From Sphaerodactylus townsendi (Eukaryota), in assembly GCF_021028975.2 (NCBI RefSeq), contig NC_059425.1, positions 139,314,001-139,378,000 of the forward strand: a stretch of DNA of 64,000 nucleotides, read 5' to 3'. Under the pieces are notes generated by a model. That model was not told where the DNA came from, did no database searches, and was given only the letters and a program-made list of their open reading frames with translations. Of the stretch, positions 23,616 to 36,165 are shown one piece after another. How positions within the stretch are numbered: the stretch's first letter is position 1; each line of letters begins with the position of its first letter. The translations under genes were made by a program, and so were the position numbers.

Positions 23616-26290
23616 TTACAAATATGTATCTTTCAAAGTAGTGGTTCTATTTCCAATGTCTGCTTTGTAATAGTAGTACACTGTTCTAGTACATTGTACA
23701 TTGTTACGTGGTACATTGTTTTGGACTATTTATAAAAATCCAAGGCAGAAATGGCTGTTGTTGTTGGAGCAAAGACCAATGAATGACTATAGCTAATGGA
23801 TGAGTCATACTTTTACCCAATTAATGCTTTCATCAGCAAAAAAGCTTACACATTGCCTTTTGGAAATATCCACAGAACTTTAATGAACCTTGCATTTAAT
23901 ATAGTCCATTTCTGCTGCCCTAAAGGATGATAGAGATGATCTGTGCCCGTTTCCATAATTTGGGAAATACATTGATTGAAACATAAAGTGGAACCATATT
24001 ACATTTTATAGCTAATTTGTGAAACCAGGTTTTATTATGCAGATGATTGTTCAGTTCCTAGTTTACCTCAAAAGTGCAGTTTCATTGCCTGCACTCTTTC
24101 CCCACCTTCTTCAGAGAGGATTGGCTGACATCCTGGTAAGGCACTGCTGGGAAACAAGCCAGGATTAAACCAAGAGGCCCACATTCATAAACAAAACCTT
24201 AATCCAGAATATATGTGACTCGCAAACCACCTTAAAACTCATGCTTTCAGATCCTGTTGTGGTATACCCTGACTAAACATTCTTGCTTTATACAGTAGTA
24301 TTTAATTTAGTGCTCACAGGCAATCACTTCTCTGATTCACACTTGGAAATGAATCTCATTGATTTCCTAGGGCATGGATCTAAGTGTTAATTTTACAGTG
24401 ACAGCCCTACATGAAATCAAAGAGTAATAAGAATATTAACTTCCCTACCAATAGCAAAAACCTGAATTTGGAGTCACATGTTGTCAACAGAGGCTCCATC
24501 TCTGCAAGCTAAAAGCCTAGAAAAAAATCCTTCATGTATTACTAAAGTTCAGATTTGCACGCGCCATTCATTCAGTGAGCGCTTATCTGCTCAAGATTAC
24601 TATGTGTCTTAGAAGGATGGTGTCATCCCTCCTAATTGGAACTGAGATGTACCCTGAGAAAGACTAATTTTGTAAGGGAAGGGGGGGAAACTTGCTCATT
24701 GTTAATAAGGCCTAGAAGATTCTGATTAAAAATGTGCCTTCATTGGTCAACCAGTCAGCCTAACCCATAAATCCATACTCAGTGTTACCCAATTACCTTT
24801 CCTCTTGATTCTCTTCTTATCCTCCACTCTACATGCGTGGAACTTTACATATGCACTTGAAACATCTAGTTTCTGGTGAGAGTCTACTGTGATATTTAGA
24901 AGCTAGTGTTTGTTATTTTCTGTTGTGTAACTATTTGAACCTTGATGCATTTTACTGTTATTTTAAGTTGGTATTTCGGAAGATTCGCTTTAATAAATTT
25001 TTAAAATATTTTTGGCATCTTTTGAGTTTCTGGTTCAGAGCCCATAGTGCTCAAAGTTGCTACCACCCCCAGGGCTGGGTTAGGTCCTTGACACATTTTC
25101 AGTAAGTCGTAATATGGAAGATATCTTATGAGAACTGAGTATGAGGGAATAGCTTTTGTCGTTTCTTTTGCTCCCAGATAGTACAAGGACATATCTTTTC
25201 ATGTGTCCTGTGGGGGACCTTCACACATTTATTCAAACAATTCCATATCCCACTTATGCTGGAGATAAAGGAATGCCAGTCACTTTGTCCTTATCTGACA
25301 CACCGTACTGGATGAATTTTGGCATTTGCCAGAAGAATGTTTAAAAACCTTTAATGTGTTTATTTTATTTTTATAGAGAATGTATGGAATTACAACCAAA
25401 GGCATCAGCACAAACAGAAAGCTGAGCCTAGCATTGTTCTAAAGATAAATCGGAGAGATAGAGAGCAAAAGAGAGACTTTGGTGTTGTGCACAGTATTGC
25501 AATTAGACTGGAGAGACGTGAATTCAAACTTCCACTCTGCAGTAAAGGTTTGTAAGTTGGAATAGTCTATCTGACAGGACAGTTGTGAAGCTGTGAAGAT
25601 AACAGGAGTCGTCTTTTATATGCCTCCTGGAGTTCCTTGAGGAAAGGGCAGGATACACAGTCATTAAATCAATTTAAAATGATACCATGTAGAAGCTTAT
25701 ATGTTGTTCACTTCCAGCTTTCCACCAGTGACACAGTAGGCATTGTTAAAATGAAATTATCACTCCAAAATAAAAAGGATGCAACACTTTGCATGTCTAT
25801 TGTTGTGCATGGGAAGACAGAGTAAAAAGGCCCTAAATCACCTACTATTGCAAAAGGATTATATGAAACTGCCCCTAGACAGAGAAGTTTAAATGCAGTG
25901 GATGACTTCATGATCTTTATTGAATGTTGGGAAAGGGAGGGAATAATATATGATAAATGCTGAGAGGTTGAGATTGAGGAGCACTGTGTACACAGTCTTC
26001 TCTCTCTCTCTCTCTCCCCCCCCCCCTCCATACACACATTGAAAACTTTTACTTAAAGGTAAGGTAAGGTGGATGGGTGGGTGGGTGTGAAAGAACAGGG
26101 CTGGATTGCCTGCTAAGGAAGGCTGGGAACATCTTCCTTGTCTGTTGTCAGTATTTAGCCTGGATGTGTGAGCCAAAGGGTCAAACAGCTCTTGGCTCTT
26201 GTAACATCTGCCCCTACCAGAGTTGTGCTACTGACACGAGCATTTGCCCAGATCATTGGAATATTGTAGTTTATATATCTTAATTTGACA

Positions 26291-26533
26291 GCCAGCATAG
26301 TGAAGTGGTGGAGAGTGGAGGGCTCCAATCTGAAGAACCAGATTTGATTCCCCACTCCTCCACATGCAGCCTGCTGGGGGACCTTAGGCTAGTCACAGTT
26401 CTCTCAGAACTCGCTCAGTCTTACCTACCTCACAATGTGTTTGTTGTGGCAGGAGGAGGGAGAAGATGATTATAGGTCACTTTGAGACTCTTTTCAGTAG
26501 AGAAAAGTGGGGTATAATTACCAACTCTTTTTC
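26291..26533 (+). mobile_element. tRNA-derived SINE with L2-type tail (Squam3-like)
   Basis: A/B-box-like head (tagtgaagtgg...gatttgattcccc), cctacctcaca core and a CT-rich tail. Confidence 0.75.
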
Positions 26534-28174
26534 TGTAACTTTTATATAGTTCTTGTGATTATTCTCAAGAAGCTGAGGGGCAGCATACATGGATTTAACT
26601 CCTTCCCTTTTCTCTCTGCTCTCCATAGTTCTCTCGATTCCATCTCTGTCATCAACCACTTGTTTTTGTTTTGTTCTCCAAACAAGGCCTGTCCGCAATC
26701 CTCATCTCTCTGTGGCCTCCATTCTTTCAATTCTTTTTGGACTTTGTTTCTGGCCCCGTTTCTCCTTGTTTTATCTGGGCACAGTGGCAAAGCAACGACT
26801 CCTAAAGCTTTCAGTCTAGAGCAATTCACACTAATGAATGAAACATAGACACACACAGGTTATGCAGAACTGGCAGAAAATTCTGCCATAGAGTGAAGAA
26901 CATGGTACATCCTCTATCATGTGATTCTGAAGCTAGGAAGGAGGAATGGCGAAGGGGTAATGACAGAGGCATCCTCCAAACCATAGTTCCTTTGTAATGG
27001 GTTTGGGCAGGCTATAGAAAATGTCCCCTAGTATGGGAAAGGATATAGACAATGTCCATTTTGGAATTCACCCAGCGGGTATAGAGAGGGTGAGAAGACT
27101 GCAATCATCTTGCAGCCACAATGGATAGAGCCAAAGAAGACTAAATATACACTCCAATTTAAACCATGGTATTGGAACTTAATCCAGCTTCCACTAAAGG
27201 GGCAGCTGTCAGGATTAGATGATAAACTGTGCCATTAAAATATGTTGAAAAGTATACCATTGCAGTTTTTATTATCCAGACAGAACTGCATTTATATTAT
27301 ATTAGTGCCAATGCAGCACTGCTTCCTGCATGCAGAAAAAATGGTTTTTCACAGATTGGTCTTCACAGCAGTCATTTTCACAAAAGATGCAAAGTGTCAG
27401 GCTAGTCTGCATCACCTGCAAATGTTGCTAATGCCAGATAGGAAGTAGAAAAGAACCATTGTCAGATCAAATACATATTGAGATAAGTACAGGTTTTACA
27501 TCTGAATTACAGGTATGGGAAATGCAAGGAGTCACTTTGTCATTGTTATTATTATTATAGTTATCATACCATCAGGTTCCTATTCCAAGCAACTTGCATA
27601 AAAGCTACATAGATGCCACTGTTTATGACCTCATAGTAACACTGTGAGGTAAATTACAATGAGAGGGAGAGACTGGCCAAGTTCCTCCAGGGAACATCAT
27701 GGCTGAATAGAATCACGATCCTCCAGATCCTAGCTTTAATCACTGTACCACACCTATAAAGGACTAAACAAGAAGAGACAGTAGAAGGTCAATGAACAGA
27801 TGCTCCATTTTTTAAAAAAATTCTGTGAATCATATCAGACCTCAGGAAGAAGCTCTTTTTTTCCATTAAAGGAAATCTTTGGCCACATTCCAGCACAAAT
27901 TTGTTTTCGATGGACTGAAGATTGTATTACTCTGTGCTGGATTGGGAACTTGGTATTTACTCCATATTTTTGAAGTACTAAACGTACTTTTCAACAAGGA
28001 ATGTTGGCTTTTTTCCCAGTGGATGATCTTGCTGTGAAGCCATAATGTCTAATCTGAATTATGGCACTTTGTTACCATACCATTAAAATATAGATTACAA
28101 CTATATTAAACCATACATTATCATTTAATATATAGATTACATTAAACTATAGATTATCATTTATTATATAAAGG

Positions 28175-29190
28175 GTTGAATGGTTGCAATAGAGCCAGCT
28201 GAACCTGAATCCACTGAAGATGGAGTTCCTATGGTTGGGTCAGGGTGGATCAGATGGACATGGCCAGCTTCCAACTCTTGATGGTTTGCAACTAACACTA
28301 ACAATACTAGTCAAAAGTCTTGGAGTGATTCTGGATGTCTACCTGTCTATGGAGGCCTAAATCGTGAATGTAGCCTGCCTGGCATTTTACCACCTGCGCC
28401 AAGCGAGGCTGCTAGCCCCCCTATCTGGCCTAGCCTAGCCTAGCCATGCAACAGTCATCTTCAGGCTAGACTACTGCAAATCACTCTATGCAGGGGTACA
28501 CTTGAGGCTGCTTTGGAAGCTCCACCCGGTGCAGAATGCGGCGGCACAGGTGCTGGCTGGGATACCCTGGCAGGCCCATAACCAACCAGTGCTCCACCAG
28601 CTGCATTGGTTCTAGGTGGAATTATCAGATCCAAAGTTGGGTACTCATCTTTTAAGCCCCTTTAAACCGTCTGGGGCCTTTGTGCCTGTGGAACCACCCC
28701 TCCAGATACACACTCAAAGAGCCTTATGCTCAGTAAATAACCTACTGGTGGTCCCTAGCCCTAAAGCAATTTGGCTGTCCTTGACCAGGGCCAGGGCTTT
28801 CTCGGCTGGAATACTGTTGAATGGGACCAGGGGCCTGTGGGCCTCGTCACACAGTTCTGCAGCGCCTATCACATAGCGCTATTCCACCAGCTCTATGTTT
28901 AAGGACAGCAACATTACATCAGTTTGGCCTTCCCTTTCCTCCTCTTTTCCTTCCTTACTATTTTTATTATTTCCCTTTCCCTCCTTCCCTCCCCCCCCCC
29001 CGCCCAAGCTAGTATGAATGCAGTTGTGGATATGGTCTTATCATCCCTCCCCTAAGGATAGTGATTTGTAAATATGAATGTTATATGATTTTAATGTATT
29101 ATGTTTTTATGTTGTATGAGGTCCTGAGCCCATTTGGGGAAGGGCATCTTATACATTCAATAAATAATAAAAACAAATAATAATAATAAA
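28175..29190 (+). mobile_element. Degenerate L2 LINE 3' kilobase
   Basis: Broken reading frame with RLDYC, VQNAAA and LHW motifs; colinear with 34181-35208; (TAA/TAAA) tail. Confidence 0.88.
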
Positions 29191-30209
29191 TTATGAATTA
29201 ATTAAAACTGAAGTTTGAAGAAAGCATGAAAGAAGATGGGGAAAGGCTTCTTACGAAACCAGAATCTCTATTCATTATTCAAATGCTTAGCAAAAATGAT
29301 ATGTAAAACAAAACATTTTAACAGAAAAGAACTACTCAGTATTTTCAAACATTATAATCACAATTCAATCCAAATGCCAATACACGGTAGTCATATCTAT
29401 TTTTTACTGAAAGGCACCACACAACATCATATTACCTGACATTTAGACAATCTTGATAGAATGGTTATATCTAAACAGATGGACAGCATTTGTTCCTTTC
29501 TGTATGGAAAAACAGTTGTGGAAAGTTTTTCCAGTTAATAGTATATTGTCTAAAACAGACTGAACTTGGGGTTCATTTTGATCTCATTCTACATCCTAAG
29601 AAGTAAGAGCCACTTCCCAAGAAAAACAAAAGTCAACAGGCATCCCTTCACCATCAAGTGTGTGTAAAAAGGGCTGAGTGAAAGTGCTTTCTATCTCACA
29701 TTACCATTATAGGAGGCACTTCAGTCCCTGAAGTGGAAAAAGCTGGGAAAAATATGATTCATTGGTTTCCCTGCCTTGGTATGGTAGAAGACTGAGTAGG
29801 CACCCGTCTCAGCAATGGCGAAACTGCAACGGGGAGGGGGGACGCTGAACCCCGGATGTGTGCTCTTGGCATCATGTGGGGGTGGAAAATTGCCCCCCAG
29901 CATGGGCAGGGCATGGGCGGATCAGGGCAGGGTGGAGGCAAATCAAAGTGAGGGCGAGACATGGGCAAGGCAGTATGGGGTGTGCGAGCAGGTTGTGCCC
30001 CAGGTACAGTTTCCCCTCCCTCAAACCCTGCATCTCAGCAGCACATATGTTTTCTATATAAATAAATAATTATGTCTATGTTATATAATAAACAATTATA
30101 CTATGGGCAAGACCTAGTTGTGGCTTGCATAATTAATTTCTGCTAGGTTGCACCTTTTATTTCAACCAGGTGGAACTGGACACAATTAAAGCAAAAGTCT
30201 ATTTTCTTT

Positions 30210-30800
30210 TTTTAAAGCATTTTAATTAATTGTAATTTTATTTGACAAACAGTACCAAAAAGATAAAAAATTATTTACATGAAACTTGCTTTTCTTACAT
30301 TTTCCAACTATTACAATTCATATTATTACAATTCATATTATTATTTCACAAGTTGAGGAAACATTTCATTTTACTCTTCATTTTGATCATCTAACAGCAT
30401 ATATCTACTATATATTCTTATTCATACCCACTTATAATTTATTTATGAGTTTCTAATTCTACAGTTTACTTCTTTACTTTTGTCCGCTTTCCACTTTGAG
30501 GCATATTCCACTCTGGCAGCAGACACAATATAGTTAAATAGTTCACTGTACCTTTTTGGCAGCATATTTAATAGCATACTCTTCAAATCTAATAGTAATT
30601 TGATTTGAATATCTTCTGTATCTCACTATGAATCATTAACCAATATTTTCTTGCTTTCTTACAAATCCACTATCTGTGATAAAATGTTGCATCTGTAATA
30701 GCCTGTATACAATTATGCATTTGTTATCCAAAATTATTCAACACTGTCTACCCGAAGTACAAAGTCTTCCATTAATACGCCAATCCAGACAGTCTGCCAG
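30210..30800 (-). mobile_element. L1 LINE 3' fragment
   Basis: Minus strand reads DATFYHR*WICKKARKYW..IH.EIQKI, the L1 ORF2 C-terminal Cys/His region. Confidence 0.75.
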
Positions 30801-31389
30801 GCAAATTTAAAAGGTAAGTTTGGCAGAGATATGCTATAATCGTTTCTCAGTGTTTCCATTCGTGATGTTATTTAAATTCTTTAGATTTTTATGAAGCAAG
30901 TTCCAGTATTTATCAAAAGTCATTAACTCGGACTGGACAACATAAGAATAGTGTTGTTTGTCTTCCCCCACTGCATCTTGATGGAATCAGCAAGTGAAGA
31001 GCCATAGTTTAAACCAACTCAATTCTTTTAATTTGTATCTGTCAATATGGCCCTTAAGAGATACTTAAGGGGACTGGGAGTTTTTCTACTCCTCTGCCTC
31101 ACCCTTTAGGTCCACAAAATGGGAGAGAAGCAAGAGCTCATAATGAAGGGAACTCCCTGACTGTCACCACATTGGTTCTCCCATCAGGTCTATTTTTCAC
31201 AATGCTGTCTAATATCCACAAAAATAACATCCCAGTTATGCCCCTGAGACCCTTAATCTGCAGAGATCCCCAATTTGTTATGACTTGTTTCCCTTCTATA
31301 TACATGTACACCTAAATGAAGGCCTAGAATTTATAGAATGAGCCTGAGTAAAATTTTGGATCAAAAGGCACTGAGTCATGCTGAAGAGG

Positions 31390-31602
31390 AATCATAGAAT
31401 CATAGAGTTGGAGGAGACCCCAAGGGCCATAGTCTAATCCCCTGCAATGCAGGAACACATGATCAAAGCACTCCTGACAGATGGTCATCAAGCCTCTGTT
31501 TAAAAAGCTTCAAAGAAGGAGACTCCACCGCACTCCGAGGTAGTGCATTCCACTGTCGAACAGTCCTTACTGTCAGAAAGTTTTTCCTGATGTTTAGGTG
31601 GA
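31390..31602 (-). mobile_element. CR1 LINE 3' end
   Basis: gaatcatagaatcatagagttgg tail with the CR1 3' UTR and ORF end. Confidence 0.88.
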
Positions 31603-31669
31603 GGATTCCCAGAATCCCTCTTAGGATAGTTTTTTGCATGATTGACAGAAAATTCCTTTCCTTGCTTTA

Positions 31670-32150
31670 ACCTTTGAGAACTCCTGGAGAACAGGAGAAG
31701 TCCCAGTGGACTGGAGGAGGGCTAATGTTATACCCATCTTCAAAAAGGGGAAAAAGGAGGACCCTAATAATTAAAGGTCCAGTGAGCCTGACATCAATAC
31801 CAGGGAAAATTCTGGAGCATATCATTAGACAGACAGTCTGCCAGCACTTAGAAGGGAATACTGTGATCACAAAAAATCAGTGTGGGGTTCTGAAAAACAA
31901 GTCATGCCAGACTGAGCTTATTTCTTTTTTTTTGATAGATGACAAGCTTGGTAGATGAAAGGAATTCTGTGGGCACAGCATACCTTGATTTCAGTAAGGC
32001 TTTTGACAAGGTGCCCCATAATATTCTTGCAAGTAAGCTAGTGAAATGTGGACTAGGCAATGCTACTGTTAGATGGGCTTGTAATTGGTTGACTGATCCA
32101 ACCCAAAGAGTGCTCATTAATGGCTCATCTTCATCCTGGAGAAAAGTGAC
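31670..32150 (+). mobile_element. CR1 reverse transcriptase fragment
   Basis: PVSLTSIPGKILE, KSCQT.LISF, YLDFSKAFDKVPH, WL....QRVLINGSSSSW; frameshifted. Confidence 0.92.
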
Positions 32151-32380
32151 TCTCCCTTTCCACATAGACAAAGAAATTATTTTCAGAATGCATGTGCATT
32201 CAGTACATTCAAGCTGAAAAAATACCTGAGAAATACCTAACCAGTATTTTTCAGGTATTTTTTTGAATTTAGGTATATTTGACCTGAAAAATATTGGTAT
32301 GGGATGCAGTTCCAGAAAGCTGGTTCAAAATTGAACCCTAATCATAGATGAATAAAATGGCATAGGTTTCATAGTTGAAA

Positions 32381-32670
32381 GAGCCCTGAGGTGCAAAGTG
32401 TTTAGCTACATTGCTGTAGTCCAAACTCTGCTCATGACCTGAGTTCAATCCTGATGAAAGTTGGTTTCAGATAGTTCAGGGTTGACATTCATTCTTCTGA
32501 GGTTGGTAAAATGAATAGCCAGCTTGCTTGCTGAGAGTAAAGCGTAGATGACTGGGAAGACAATGGCACACCATCCCATAAACAAAGTCTGCCTGGTAAA
32601 CATTGCAATGTGATCTCACCCCAGGCGTCAAGAATGACGCAGTGCTTGCACAGTGGTCTACCTTTACCTT
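32381..32670 (+). mobile_element. Sauria SINE (Squam1)
   Basis: tRNA-like head, ttctgaggttggtaaaatga core, gaagacaatggc BovB-type segment and (ACCTTT)n tail. Confidence 0.85.
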
Positions 32671-33732
32671 TCTTCATAGTTGACTTCAATGAGGTGCTTT
32701 GAAGATTTTGTTTTTGTAATGGTTCTCACAAAAGAAATGCTACCGCATCGCTTATAAAAAGGGACATGGTAGACTCCCAGTGTCATATGGAAAGATAATT
32801 TTTGGAAATATAATTTTTCCCCAAGCACTCAGATTGTCCTGGCACAGCTATAGAATGGTGATGCCACCCTTTACTTATCACTTTTGTCTGATATGTAGAT
32901 TAATAGCTGATTTGATGGGAGAAGAGGAATTGTCTGGCTTCTGCTACTGAATGCTGTCGGAACTGTCGATAGAATATTACTTTGCAATCTAAAATGAGTC
33001 CCTTTTCTATAACTGTGGAATAAAGCTAATTGTGCTTTGAGCTAGATAATACAATATTTTCACCAATGGAGTGAAATCAGTTATCTAAATACTTTTTAGT
33101 GTTCATAGTTAAAACACAAGAGAATTGATTGCAGCACTTTGTCTGTTGAAGTCTCAGTAGGAAAGTTTCTTAACAGAGTAGGAAATTATGGGTGGGGAGG
33201 AGAATGGAGAAAATTGCCACTGGCTTGCTTCTGATTCGGCTCCCAGGATCAAACCAATTAGTGTCAGCCAGAGTAACACACAGTTACAATATCATGGTGT
33301 TGCTAACAAGCATTAAGATCAGGGGCAATACAGAGGGGCAATAAAGGGGAGCAGTACAGAAACACCAAAGAAAGCAGTTACAAGGGAATCACACTAGGAA
33401 AATATGCAATCAGATAGAATTTGTATTCCAGCTAGAGTCCTGCTGGAGTCTCTAAGGCAGACTGAATTAATCTCCACATGTATGTATCAATGTTTGGTGC
33501 ATAGTCAGCAGTTCTTCTGACATATGCCATAGCTCTCTAGGCAGGGCATTTCTCCATGGGTTATTTGCCATGGAGGCAATGCTGTTGGGAAGTGGGGAGA
33601 GGGGCTACTTCCCTACAGCACTGTGGAGCATTCATGCACCTCCTGGGGTTTCCCCAGCTTTGCTTTGAATTGATTTGCTGTGAAATTTTGGAAAAGAAAT
33701 GCCTAGAAGGTATGTATGACTAAGACTACGAA

Positions 33733-33796
33733 GGAGGAGGAGGAGGAGGAGGAGGAGGAGGAGGAGGAGGAGGAGGAGGAGGAGGAGGAGGAGGAG
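33733..33796. repeat. (GGA/GAG)n microsatellite, ~21 units
   Basis: Perfect trinucleotide run. Confidence 0.97.
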
Positions 33797-33799
33797 GAC

Positions 33800-36165
33800 T
33801 ACTACTGGTGGGAACATTGTCCAGAGAAAGTAATGGAAAATGAGGACAAGATCTTGTGGGACTTGTGGGACTTTCGAATCCAAACTGACAAAGTGGTGAA
33901 ACACAATACACTAGACATCACTATGGTCAAGGACAAGAAGGTGGCCATCATCGACATAGCAGTACCTGGTGACAGCAGGGTCATTGAAAAGGTCATTAGA
34001 TACCATGATTTGAAAATTGAGCTTCAGTGTCTATGGCACAAACCAGTTGAGGTCGTTCCAGTGGTGATCAGCACCCTGGGCACCATTTTGAAAACACTAG
34101 GGCAGCCCTTGAAACATCTTTGAAATTCAGAAGGCAGCCCTGCTGGGATCCACACAAATTCTCTGCCGATACATTACAATTGTTTGGAGGCGGTTGCTGG
34201 ATGGTTGCAACAGAGCAGGTTAAAACTGAATCCATCGAAGACGGAGGTCCTTTGGCTGGGCCGCAGGGGGGAGGTGGGGGATTTTCAACCGCCGGAGTGG
34301 GAGGGGGCGACATTGGCACCAGCCTCCTCTGTCCGCAGCCTGTGGGTCCACCTGGATTCATCTCTTTCAATGGAGACCCAGCTGGCCCATATAACCCGGG
34401 TTGCGTTTTTTCATCTTCGACAGGCCCGGCGGTTGGCCCCCTTCCTCTCCCAGGCAGACCTCGCCACTGTGATCCATGCAACGGTCACCTCTAGGTTAGA
34501 CTATTGTAACTCGCTCTACGCGGGCCTTCCCTTACGTCTGATCCGGAAGTTGAAGCTGGTACAACATGCAGCCGCGCGAGTGCTCACGGGCGGTGCCTTT
34601 AGAGAACACATTCAACCTGTGTTATGTCACTTGCATTGGCTCCCGGTTGAGTTCCGAATCATTCTTAAGGTGTGGGTGCTTACCTTTAAGGCCTTACACG
34701 GCCTGGGACCTTCGTACCTTCGGGACCGTCTTACCCCATATGTCCCCTTGCGGCCTCTGCCTTCGGCAGAGGCCAACTTGCTGGTTGTCCCTAGCCCCTC
34801 GATGATGCGGTTGGCCTCTACCCGGGCCAGGGCCTTTACAGCCCTGGCCCCTGCCTGGTGGAACACTTTACCACCAGCTGTCCGAGCCCTGCGGGATCTT
34901 GGAGAGTTCCGCAGGGCCTGTAAGACCGAATTGTTCCACTGGGCGTTTGGAAGGGCCGACCGCTGATGTGCGCCCCCTCCTCCTCCCCCCCCTCTATGGG
35001 GCCCTTAACTTTCTGGGTCTGTTCTCCAGGGTGGGTTTATTATGTTTTATGAAGTTTTTGTCGGATGCCGTAGTATTTTTAATCAATTCGCTGTTTTAAT
35101 GGGGATTTTAATGTTATTGTGCTATTATTATGTTGTTCACCGCCCAGAGCCCTTCGGGGGAGGGGCGGTATACAAAATTGATCATAAATAAAAATAAATA
35201 AATAAAAATTTCCTAGGTTTCTGGGTGAGGCTCAAATTGTAATGAAAGGCCAACAACCAGCTAAAGAACTGGCAGCTGTGAAATCAACCCATGATAATAG
35301 TGAATGAAAGTCAAGAACAGACAGTTACTGAAATCCCAGAGTACCAAACAGGAATACAGAAAATGAGAACTGAAAGCTGGCATAACAAAGCTCTGCACAG
35401 CCAATTTCTGGAGAAGATCAAGGACAAGGTGAACAATGAAAATACCTGACTGTGTTTAACAACTGGAACTGTGAAACACGTCAGACTGAGGACAAGAAAG
35501 TAACCACAGTGACCAAGGACAAGAAAGTGGCCATCATAGCAGTTCTTGGTGACAGCAGGCTTGTTGAAAAAGAACATGAGTAGGTCACTAAATACCATAA
35601 TTTGAAAATCAGGCTCCAGCAACTATGGCACAAACCAGCTAAGGTCCTCCCAGTCATAATGGGCATCGTGGGCACCATTTTGAAAACACTAGGGCAGCAC
35701 TTGAAACATCTTCAAATCAACATGAGTGAGACTCATAATGCAGTCCTGTTGGGATCCACACGAATACTACATGACAACATCCTAGGTCTCTGAGGCTTGA
35801 ATTGTAATGAAAGGTCAACAACTAGCTAAAGAACTGCCAGCTGTGATAGCAAACAAAATTTAATAATATCCATGATTTGAAGATAGAGATTCAGCAACTA
35901 TGGCACAAACCAGCTGAGGTAGTCCCAGTGGTTATTGGTATCCTGGGCACCATTTCAAAAACATTCGGGCTGCAGTTAATACACCTTCAAATTGATAAAA
36001 TCAACATCTCTCAGATTCAAAAGGCAGCACTGCTGGAATCCACATGAATTACATGCCAATACATTACAATGTCCTAGACCTCTGTGTGGGACTCAAATTG
36101 TAATGAAAGGCCAACAACCAGCTAAAGAACTGGCAGCTGTGATAGTAGACAAAATTGCATAATAA
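33800..36165 (+). mobile_element. Three head-to-tail 5'-truncated R4/Dong-clade LINE copies (A 33800-34180 plus 35211-35305; B ~35310-35848; C ~35869-36165)
   Basis: WWEH.PEKV.EN...KILWDF.IQTD...HNT.DIT...IIDIAVPGD...Y.DLKIE...LW...VVPVVI..LG is the restriction-like endonuclease region. The shared 3' UTR ttgtaatgaaagg.caacaac.agctaaagaactg.cagctgtga occurs three times. Confidence 0.85.
34181..35208 (+). mobile_element. Young 5'-truncated L2 LINE inserted in R4 copy A
   Basis: Open 260-codon frame (LKLNPSKTE, SRLDYCNSL, LHWLPV.FRI), CpGs retained, terminal stem and (TAAA)n tail. It splits attacaat|tcctagg, which is contiguous in R4 copy C. Confidence 0.93.

Noticed and set aside
26291-26380. 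tRNA gene
   Set aside because: Only a SINE head with degenerate A/B boxes; no cloverleaf.
30308-30343. Short tandem duplications (also ~46705-46733 and ~50730-50760)
   Set aside because: Ordinary slippage inside TE or AT-rich DNA with no functional cue.
34184-34966. 260-aa ORF as a host gene
   Set aside because: It is the C-terminal part of L2 ORF2, with no ATG and a retroposon tail.
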